From: Thermoanaerobaculia bacterium
GTDB taxonomy: Bacteria > Acidobacteriota > Thermoanaerobaculia > Multivoradales > UBA5704
Assembly: GCA_044866775.1 (NCBI GenBank)
Contig: JBIOUG010000097.1
Coordinates: forward strand, 1,852 to 65,851
DNA: 64,000 nucleotides
Direction: 5' to 3'
Part shown: piece by piece, positions 39,867 to 47,381 of the stretch
Position numbering within the stretch: the stretch's first letter is position 1
How the letters are laid out: every line of letters starts with the position of its first letter
Notes under the pieces: model-generated
The model's input: the letters and a program-made list of their open reading frames with translations, nothing else
What the model was told of the DNA's origin: nothing
Database searches by the model: none
Program-made: the position numbers and the translations under genes

Positions 39867-40629
39867 ACCCGGCGCGCCGGCCGGCGGCGGCGCGAGCGTC
39901 GTTTTCATGCCGGTCTTCAACCAGGCGCGGGAGTTTCCGGCGGTGCTCGCCGAGCTGCGCGCCGCGCCGCTCGCCTGCGACACGCTGCTGCTGGTCAACA
40001 ACGGCTCCGCCGACGGCTCCGAGGAGCTGGTGCGGGCGAGCGGCTACCCGTACCTCGACCTGCCGCGCAACCGCGGCGTCGGCTACAGCTACATGCTGGC
40101 CCTCGACTGGGCGCTCGAGCGCGGATACGCGGTCTTCGGCACCATGGCGAGCAACGGCAAGATGCTCCCGGCCGAGATGCCGCGCGTGCTCGGACCGGTC
40201 CTCCGCGGCGAGGCGGACTACGTCACCGGCAGCCGCTTCCTGCCGGGCGGCGAGTCGCCTCACCTGCCGTCCTTCCGCCGCCGCTCGATCCCGCTGGTCA
40301 ACGTCTTCGTGCGGCTCTGCACCGGCGCCCGCCTGACCGACGCCACCTGCGGCTACCGCGCCTTCCGCCTCGACCTCCTGCGCCGGGCGGCGTTCGACTG
40401 GCGCGCCGCCTGGCTCCACACCTACGGTCTCGAGTACTACCTCTACGCCAAGGTGCTGCTCGACGGCCGCCTGCGCTGGCGGGAGGTGCCGATCACGATG
40501 CGCTACCCGGCCTCCGGCCGCTACTCGAAGATCCGCGGCGCCCGCGACTGGTACGCCATGCTCGAGCCGTGGCTCCGCGCGCGGCTCGACGGCCGGGGTT
40601 TCGCAGCCGCCGCCGCCGGCGCCGGGTGA
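39847..40629 (+). CDS. GT2 glycosyltransferase, polyprenol-phosphate (DPM/ArnC)-like
   Basis: PVFNQ, NNGSADG, NRGVG, GSRF, LTDATCGYRAF and EVPI motifs. Confidence 0.82.
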   Translation: MSTAATEPGAPAGGGASVVFMPVFNQAREFPAVLAELRAAPLACDTLLLVNNGSADGSEELVRASGYPYLDLPRNRGVGYSYMLALDWALERGYAVFGTMASNGKMLPAEMPRVLGPVLRGEADYVTGSRFLPGGESPHLPSFRRRSIPLVNVFVRLCTGARLTDATCGYRAFRLDLLRRAAFDWRAAWLHTYGLEYYLYAKVLLDGRLRWREVPITMRYPASGRYSKIRGARDWYAMLEPWLRARLDGRGFAAAAAGAG

Positions 40630-41423
40630 TGGCCCTCGTCCTCCCAGGCCCGCTGCGGCGGGTTGTGCCGGCCCGCCTCGTCGAGCCCCTCCGGCGGCTG
40701 ATCTGGCGGCTGCCGAACCTGCGGCGCCGGCTTCCCTCCGGGCTCGAGCTCGCCGTCGAGAGCCCCGCCGACTGGACGATCTACAACGACGTCTTCGCCG
40801 AGGGCGAGTACGACGCGGCGATCCACGCCTGCCTCGACGCCGCGCCGCGGGACCGGCCGCTCACGGTGCTCGACCTCGGCGCCAACGTCGGCTATTTCGC
40901 GCTGCGGCTCGCCGATCTCGCCCTCCGCCGCGGCGGCGTCGACTTCCGCCTGATCGCCGTCGAGGCGAGCGCCGGGCTGGCGCAGGCGATCGAACGGCGC
41001 CTGCGCGCGCAGCCTGCGCTCACCGAGCGCGTGCGGGTCGTGCACGGCCTCGCCGGCCGGCGGAGCGGCGAAGGCCGGCTCTACGAGTCCGCGCTCCACT
41101 TCGAGCACTCCGCGCTGCCGCGCGGCGACGGCCGGGGCCGCGCGGTGTCGTACGTCGATCTGGCGGCGCTGACGGCGAGCTGGCCGCAGATCGACCTGCT
41201 CAAGTGCGACATCGAAGGGGCGGAGCTCGAGCTCCTCGAGACCTACGGCGGCGACCTGCTCCCGCGCGTGCGCCGCGCCGTCGTCGAGCTGCACCACGCC
41301 CGCTGCGACACCGGACGCTGCCGCGAGCTGCTGCACGCCACCGGGCTCGCCCGCGAGCGCGTCCTGCGCGACGCCTACGGCTGCTCGGTCGTCCTCCTCA
41401 GCCGGCCCGAGGACCCGTCGTGA
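40629..41423 (+). CDS. FkbM family methyltransferase
   Basis: LDLGANVG, LKCDIEGAE and VELH motifs. Confidence 0.88.
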   Translation: MALVLPGPLRRVVPARLVEPLRRLIWRLPNLRRRLPSGLELAVESPADWTIYNDVFAEGEYDAAIHACLDAAPRDRPLTVLDLGANVGYFALRLADLALRRGGVDFRLIAVEASAGLAQAIERRLRAQPALTERVRVVHGLAGRRSGEGRLYESALHFEHSALPRGDGRGRAVSYVDLAALTASWPQIDLLKCDIEGAELELLETYGGDLLPRVRRAVVELHHARCDTGRCRELLHATGLARERVLRDAYGCSVVLLSRPEDPS

Positions 41424-42325
41424 GCCGGCCGCCGCCGTCCGGCGCGCCCGCCGTCGGCGTCGTCGTCACCAACTACCAGACCTGGGACCTCACCCGCCGC
41501 TGCGTCGAGGCGGTGGCGCGCCTGGGCGGCGCCGGCGACGTGGTGGTCGTCGACGACGCCTCGCCGGCGCCGCCGCCGCCGGCCGTCGCGGCCCACGCGC
41601 GGGTCCTGGTCAACGCCGCCAACCAGGGGCTCTGCCGCAGCTTGAACCGCGGCATCCGCGAGTGCGCCACGGACGTCGTCGTGCTCTTCGACTCGGACGC
41701 CTACCCGCTGGTCGAGTTCGCCGCGCCGCTGCGCGCCGCCTTCGCCGCCGACCCTCGCCTCGCCGTCGTCGGCTTCGCCACCGTCGGCGCCGGCGGCCGG
41801 CCGACCGGCTCGTGGGAGGACGAGCCGGGAGTGCTGGGCTTTGTCCTCGGACCGCGCCTCGACGCCCTGCGGCGGCGGCTCCGCCCGAGGCGCTCCCCGC
41901 CGGACCGCCTGTCGGTCTTCACCTGCGCCATGGCGGTGCGGCGCGACGCCTTCCTGGCGATCGGCGGCTTCGACGAGGCGTTCGACTGGCTCGACCTCGA
42001 CCACGACCTCTCGATGCGCCTGCGCCGCGCCGGCTACCGCCTCGCGGTGCGCTCCGACCTCGTCGCCTTCCACGAAGGGGGCGGCGCGCCGCAGGCCACC
42101 GGCGAGCGTGTCCTCCGCGCCTACAAGAACCGCTGGCGGCTGCTGCGCAAACACGGCAAGATCCGCCGCCCGGCGCTGGTCGGCGCCCTCGTCCGGCTGC
42201 GCCTGCGGGGCGAATGGCTGCTGCTCCGGCTCGCCGGCGCCGTCCTGCGGACCCGGCCCGAGCTGGCGGCCAAGGCGGCGGGACGGCGCGCGCTCGTCCG
42301 CTGGTGCGCCGAGAACTACCGGTAA
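41420..42325 (+). CDS. GT2 family glycosyltransferase
   Basis: VVTNY, VVDDAS, FDSDA, GGFDE and DHDLSMR motifs. Confidence 0.88.
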   Translation: MSRPPPSGAPAVGVVVTNYQTWDLTRRCVEAVARLGGAGDVVVVDDASPAPPPPAVAAHARVLVNAANQGLCRSLNRGIRECATDVVVLFDSDAYPLVEFAAPLRAAFAADPRLAVVGFATVGAGGRPTGSWEDEPGVLGFVLGPRLDALRRRLRPRRSPPDRLSVFTCAMAVRRDAFLAIGGFDEAFDWLDLDHDLSMRLRRAGYRLAVRSDLVAFHEGGGAPQATGERVLRAYKNRWRLLRKHGKIRRPALVGALVRLRLRGEWLLLRLAGAVLRTRPELAAKAAGRRALVRWCAENYR

Positions 42326-42540
42326 AGGCGGCGGCAGCCCGCTCTCTTGAGCCAGCCGAACTTGGCTCAGCGAGTCAAGTTTGCGCGGGCTCAAGTGGCC
42401 GAAGGGAGGTCGAGCCGCAAGGCGCAGACCGCGCTAGACCTTGCTAGACTAGGGCGACTTCAACGAGCCACGCGTCGAGAGCCAAGGCGTCGCGCGACGG
42501 CGCAGGTGCGTCCCGCCGCAGCAGGAGTGTGAGACGGAGC

Positions 42541-43560
42541 ATGGACTGGACCGACAAGCGCATCCTCGTCACCGGCGGGGCGTCGTTCATCAGCTCGCAC
42601 CTGGTCGACCTGCTGGTCGCCAAGGGCGCGGGCGCCGTCCGCGTCGTCGACGACCTGTCGAGCGGCAAGCTGGCCAACATCCAGGAGCACGTCGACGCCG
42701 GCCGGGTCGACTTCCAGCGCGCCGACCTCCTGGGGCCCGGGGTCGCGCAGCGGGCAGTCGTCGGGATCGACGTCGTCTTCCACCTTGCCGCCATCCACGG
42801 CGGGCGCGGCTTCGTCGACCTCCACCAGGCGGCCTGCGCGCAGAACCTGGCGCTGGACGGCATGCTGATCAAGGCCGCGCACGAGGCCGGCGTCGAGAAG
42901 TTCGTCTTCGCCTCGTCGGGCTGCGTCTACCCCAATCACCTGCAGGGCGACGTGACGCAGGAGCTGTACCTGAGCGAGGAGATGGTAGGACCCCCCTACG
43001 ACGCCGACAACCTCTACGGCTGGGCGAAGCTGATGGCCGAGATGACGCTCCAGGCCTACGCCCGGGATCTCGGGATGAAGTCGGCCTGCTGCCGCTTCTT
43101 CACCGTCTACGGCGAGCGCGGCGTCGAGAACCACGCGGTCATCGCCATGATCGCCCGCGCCTTCGTGCGCCAGGACCCGTTCCAGGTCTGGGGCGACGGC
43201 ACCCAGGTGCGCAACTGGACCTACGTCGGCGACATCGTGCGCGGCATGGTGCTGGCGGCCGAGAAGATCGACGACGGCACCGCCGTCAACCTCGGCACCG
43301 AGGAGCGGACGCGCGTCATCGACGCCGTGCGCGAGGTGCTGCGCTACACCGGCCATCGCGCCGAGATCGAGTTCCTCCCCCACATGCCGACGGGGCCGCT
43401 CAACCGCGTGGCGAGCAACCGGCTGGCGCGCGACCTCTTGGGCTGGGAGCCGGAGATGAAGTTCATGGCTGGCCTCCACCGCACGATCGACTGGTACTTC
43501 GCGACCAAGCAGCGCGAGAAGGTCGGCGGCTATCTCCAGGAGATGCTGACCGAGAGGTAG
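42541..43560 (+). CDS. NAD-dependent epimerase (GDP-mannose 3,5-epimerase-like)
   Basis: TGGASFISSHL, FASSGCVYP, YGWAK and WGDGTQVRNWTY motifs. Confidence 0.88.
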   Translation: MDWTDKRILVTGGASFISSHLVDLLVAKGAGAVRVVDDLSSGKLANIQEHVDAGRVDFQRADLLGPGVAQRAVVGIDVVFHLAAIHGGRGFVDLHQAACAQNLALDGMLIKAAHEAGVEKFVFASSGCVYPNHLQGDVTQELYLSEEMVGPPYDADNLYGWAKLMAEMTLQAYARDLGMKSACCRFFTVYGERGVENHAVIAMIARAFVRQDPFQVWGDGTQVRNWTYVGDIVRGMVLAAEKIDDGTAVNLGTEERTRVIDAVREVLRYTGHRAEIEFLPHMPTGPLNRVASNRLARDLLGWEPEMKFMAGLHRTIDWYFATKQREKVGGYLQEMLTER

Positions 43561-43567
43561 CCGGACG

Positions 43568-44683
43568 CTGCACAAGCTCCTCTACCTCTGCGACTGGCTC
43601 CCCCCGGACTTCGGCGCGGTCGGCCAGTACAGCCTGCTCTTCGCGCGCGAGCGGGCGGCGGTGGGCGAGGACGTGCTCTTGGCCGGGCTTTCGTCGACGG
43701 CTTCGTCGCTCGACGAGGAGGCGGTCGGCGCCGGGCGGCTGCGAGTGCTGCGCCTGCGGGCGCCCGTCTATGACCGCGCCGACTTCCGCACCCGCGCGCT
43801 GTGGACGGCGAAGACCGACCTCGCCCTCCTCTGGCGGCTGCGGCGCGAGCTCGCGCGCGCCGACGAGATCCTCTTCACCGGCAGCCCGCCGTTCCTGATC
43901 CAGCTCCTGGTGCCGGCGAACCTCGTGCTGCGCAAGCGGCTCACCTACCGCATCACCGACTTCCATCCCGAGTGCCTGATGGCGGAGCTCGAGCACGTGC
44001 CGGCGGCGCTCGCGGCGTTCCACCGCTGGACAATGGCGCTGCGCCGTTGCGTCGACCGCTTCGAGGTGCTGGGGGAGGACCAGCGCGAGCGCCTCCTCGC
44101 CCAGGGCATCCCGGCGGAGCGGATCGTGCTCAAGCGCGATCCCTCGCCGGTCGCGATCCCGCCCGGGACGGCGCCGCTCGCGCCGCCCGCAGCGCTGGCC
44201 GGCCGCGCGCTCCTCCTCTACTCCGGGAACTTCGGGGTGGCGCACGAGCACGAGACCTTCGTCGCCGGCTACCGTCTCCACCACCGCCAAGGCACGGGGC
44301 GGGTGGGGCTCTGGCTCAACGCCACCGGCGCCCGCGCCGACTGCGTGGAGGCAGCGCTGCGCGCGGCGGGCCTCCCCCACCACCGCAGCCGCCCGGTGCC
44401 GCTCGACCTCCTGCCGCGCCTCCTGGTCACTCCCGCGGCCCACCTGATCACCTTGCGCGACGCCTTCGTCGGCTACGTGCTGCCGTCGAAGGTCCACGCC
44501 TGCGTCGCCTCCGGCCGCCCGGTGCTCTACGTCGGCAGCGAGCGCTCGGACGTCCACCGCCTGTGCGCCGCCGGGCTGCCGGCGGACGCCTACTGGCGAG
44601 TGGACGTCGGGAACGCCGCGGGGGTGGCGTGGGCGCTCGAGGCGGTCGCCGACGGCGCCGAGGCTCCTCCAAGCTCCACGTAG
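43568..44683 (+). CDS. GT4 / WcaI-like glycosyltransferase (probable CTG start)
   Basis: In-frame N-terminal KLLYLCDWLPPDFGAVGQ upstream of the GTG at 43661; YSGNFGVAH and LPSKVHAC motifs. Confidence 0.8.
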   Translation: MHKLLYLCDWLPPDFGAVGQYSLLFARERAAVGEDVLLAGLSSTASSLDEEAVGAGRLRVLRLRAPVYDRADFRTRALWTAKTDLALLWRLRRELARADEILFTGSPPFLIQLLVPANLVLRKRLTYRITDFHPECLMAELEHVPAALAAFHRWTMALRRCVDRFEVLGEDQRERLLAQGIPAERIVLKRDPSPVAIPPGTAPLAPPAALAGRALLLYSGNFGVAHEHETFVAGYRLHHRQGTGRVGLWLNATGARADCVEAALRAAGLPHHRSRPVPLDLLPRLLVTPAAHLITLRDAFVGYVLPSKVHACVASGRPVLYVGSERSDVHRLCAAGLPADAYWRVDVGNAAGVAWALEAVADGAEAPPSST

Positions 44684-44786
44684 GGGCGGGCTCAGGAGCC
44701 CGGCGCGAACGCTTTCGCGTTTTTTTGGAGCCCGGCGCGAAAATCTTCGCGCCTTAGGATCCCGGCGCGAAAGCCTTCGCGCCGAG
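44680..44786. repeat. Cluster of three REP-like palindromes between convergent genes
   Basis: CCCGGCGCGAA-N4-TTCGCG(CC) at ~44699, 44731 and 44761, preceded by GTAGGGGCGGG; a fourth copy lies at 60931. Confidence 0.75.
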
Positions 44787-47030
44787 GTCCCGCGCCAGCG
44801 CCTCGTAGGCGGCGGCGCTCTCCTCGGCGAGCAGGAAGCGGGCGTGGATGGCGGCCTTCTGCAGGTAGCCGAGCGCCCGCTCGGGCTGGCCGGCGGCGCG
44901 GTGGTGGTGGGCCAGGACGTCGTAGGCGCGCCCGCGCGCGCTGCTCTCGAGCCGCTCGAGCGCGGCGGCGACCTGAGCGTGCAGCACGCGCCGCCGCGCC
45001 GGATCGAGGCCCGCGTAGACGGCGTGGCGGATCGCGGCGTGCGCAAACTCGAAGCGGCCGCGCCGCGCGCCGCGCGCCCAGCGCACCAGGTCGTGCTCGG
45101 GGCCGCCGCTCCGCCACTGGCCGGTCGACTGGCGCAGGAGCCAGCGCTGGAGCAGCTCCTCGAGGGCGAACTCGACCACGGCCGGATGCTCGTCGGCGCC
45201 GAGCTGGAGCAGCGCCGGCTCGAAGCTCTGGCCGGCGACCGCGGCGAAGGCGAGGAGCCGCCGCGCCGAGGCGGGGAGGCGCAGCACCCGATCGCGGGCG
45301 AGCACGTCCACCGTCGCCGGCTGCGGCAGCCCGAGGTCGTCGAGCGGCCGCGCGAGCTGCCACCCCCCGGCCGCGCGCGGCTCGAGCGCGCCGCTGTCGT
45401 GCAGCAGGTTCACCAGCTCCGTCACCGCCAGCGGCAGGCCGCCGCCGCGGGCGACGAGGAGTCCCCCAAGCTCCGCCACCTGCCCCTCCGGCACCAGCGC
45501 GGTGGCGATCTCCCACACCGCGGCCGGGGTGAGGCGCGGCAGCTCGAACCGCACGCAGCCGGCGCCGGCCGGCGGCCGTGCCGCGGCGGAGCGCCGCGCC
45601 GCCGCGGCCTCCTCGTCGTCGCCAACGCCCGGGCGTGCGGCGGCCACGATCCAGGCCGGCGGCGGCAGGCGCTCGAGCACGTGCTCCAGCAGGTCGAGGC
45701 TCGCCGCGTCGGCCAGGTCGAGGTCGTCGAGGAAGACGACCAGCGGCTGGCGGCGCGCCGCCGCGAGGTCGCCCAGGAAGCGCGTCACCGCGGCGAAGAG
45801 CCGCCGGCGCCCCTCGCCGCCCGCGGCGGGCGGCACCGGCGTGAAGGCGCCGGGGGGCAGGGCGAAGGAGCGGGGGAGGAGGTGCGCGAGCGCCTCGAGC
45901 GCGGCGCGCGGCAGCGCCGCGAGCACCCGCTCGGCCGTCTCGCTGTCCTCGACCCGCGCCTGACCGAGCACCTCGACCCAGGGCAGGTAGGGTGACGGCG
46001 GCAGCAGCTCGGCGCCACTCCCCTTGAGCACCAGCGCCGGGCGCTGCGCCGTCGCCGCGTCGAGGAAGGTCTTGATCAGCCGGCTCTTCCCCACCCCGGC
46101 CTCGCCGACGACGACGCAGCAGCGCACGCCGCCGGCGAGGGCCTCCTGCCAGCTCTCGTCGAGCAGCGTCCAGCCGACCTCCCGCCCGACGAGCGGCACC
46201 AGCGGCCCGATCGGCGCCGCCTCGCCGGCCGGCGCCTCCGCCGGCGCCGCCTCGGCGAGGATCGACTCGTAGAGGGCGCGCGTCTCCTCGAGCGGCTCGA
46301 CCCCCAGCTCCTCGTGCAGCCGGCGGCGCAGCTCGTCGTAGTGGGCGAGGGCGCCGCTGCGGTGCCCGGAGAGCGCGGTCAAGCGCATCAGCTCGCGGTG
46401 GATGGGCTCGGCCAGCGGCTCGAGGGTGAGCAGGCGGCGCGCGTAGTGGATGCCGTAGCGATACTCGCCGCGCCCGCGGTAGCTCTCGACCAAGGCGCGC
46501 AGGGCCTCGATCGCCCCGTCGCGCAGCCGCGCCTGCTCGGTGAGCTGCCACTCCTCGAAGTCCTGGGCGTCCTTGACGAAGAAGCCGGCGAGGAAATCGC
46601 CGCGGTAGAGCTGCACCGCGGCGGCCAGGTGATGGGGATCGACGGCGTGGCCGCCGGCCGCCGGCCGCGGGCCGCCGCCGCCGAGGCGCAGCGCCTCTTC
46701 GAAGGCTTCGACGTCGAGCCAGACGTCGGCCGCCGGGTCGAGCCCCAGCTCCTGGTGGGTGCCGGTGACGAGCCGCTGCCCGGGGATCGCCGCGCGCAGG
46801 TTGTAGGCGGCCTGGCGCAAGGCGTGGCGCGCCGCCTCCGGCCCGCTCTCCCCCCACAGCAGCCCGGCCAGGTGGTCGCGGCTGAACGTCCGCCCGCGAT
46901 GGCAGACCAGGTAGGCGAGCAGCGCCCGCGCCTTCTGCGACTCGAAGCCGCCGGCCTGGCGCTCGCCGCACCAGACCGCGAAACCGCCGAGGAGGCGGAT
47001 GCGGAGGTTGGAAGAGGGGACCGTCTTCAC
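44754..47030 (-). CDS. SARP/AfsR-type regulator: OmpR-like HTH + BTAD + AAA ATPase
   Basis: IRLLGGF, ALLAYL, LYRGDFLAG, F.EW...E..RL, EP..ET..LY; Walker A GEAGVGKS; LDDL..AD; GGLPL; FAHAAIRHAVY. Confidence 0.9.
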   Translation of the reverse strand: MKTVPSSNLRIRLLGGFAVWCGERQAGGFESQKARALLAYLVCHRGRTFSRDHLAGLLWGESGPEAARHALRQAAYNLRAAIPGQRLVTGTHQELGLDPAADVWLDVEAFEEALRLGGGGPRPAAGGHAVDPHHLAAAVQLYRGDFLAGFFVKDAQDFEEWQLTEQARLRDGAIEALRALVESYRGRGEYRYGIHYARRLLTLEPLAEPIHRELMRLTALSGHRSGALAHYDELRRRLHEELGVEPLEETRALYESILAEAAPAEAPAGEAAPIGPLVPLVGREVGWTLLDESWQEALAGGVRCCVVVGEAGVGKSRLIKTFLDAATAQRPALVLKGSGAELLPPSPYLPWVEVLGQARVEDSETAERVLAALPRAALEALAHLLPRSFALPPGAFTPVPPAAGGEGRRRLFAAVTRFLGDLAAARRQPLVVFLDDLDLADAASLDLLEHVLERLPPPAWIVAAARPGVGDDEEAAAARRSAAARPPAGAGCVRFELPRLTPAAVWEIATALVPEGQVAELGGLLVARGGGLPLAVTELVNLLHDSGALEPRAAGGWQLARPLDDLGLPQPATVDVLARDRVLRLPASARRLLAFAAVAGQSFEPALLQLGADEHPAVVEFALEELLQRWLLRQSTGQWRSGGPEHDLVRWARGARRGRFEFAHAAIRHAVYAGLDPARRRVLHAQVAAALERLESSARGRAYDVLAHHHRAAGQPERALGYLQKAAIHARFLLAEESAAAYEALARDLGAKAFAPGS

Positions 47031-47096
47031 TCGGCGACCAGTTCGGGTGAGGCGAGCAGCCGAGCTGCTTCCCGCCTTACTGCGTTGACCCGATCT

Positions 47097-47134
47097 CCCT
47101 CACCCCTGGCCCCTCTCCCACATGGGAGAGGGGG
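47097..47134. repeat. Palindromic intergenic repeat (CCCTCACCCC..CCCCTCTCCC-loop-GGGAGAGGGG type)
   Basis: Stem CCCCTCTCCCA/TGGGAGAGGGG with 5' CCCTCACCCC leader, a widespread small dispersed repeat type. Confidence 0.7.
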
Positions 47135-47381
47135 ACGCTTGCGTGTTGAGTCCCCCCTCGTGGACTCTGCGGAGTCTAGCAGTGGCGGAGACGAAGGCCG
47201 TTACGTGCCAGTAGTTTAGCAGTCGTCGCCACGCTCACTCGGGGGCGCGGATCGCCTGACGATCTCCTGACGATCGCGGTGCAGACTGTTGCGTACCGCA
47301 GAGCACCAGACGTGCCGCGCTTCGGCAGGAGGGGCCGTGCGGCCCCTCTTGCCGTGCCTTCGGTCGAGAGGAGAGCTGACG

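Noticed and set aside
42347-42532. 61-aa ORF in the intergenic gap
   Set aside because: TTG start without RBS, atypical codon usage and no recognisable motif
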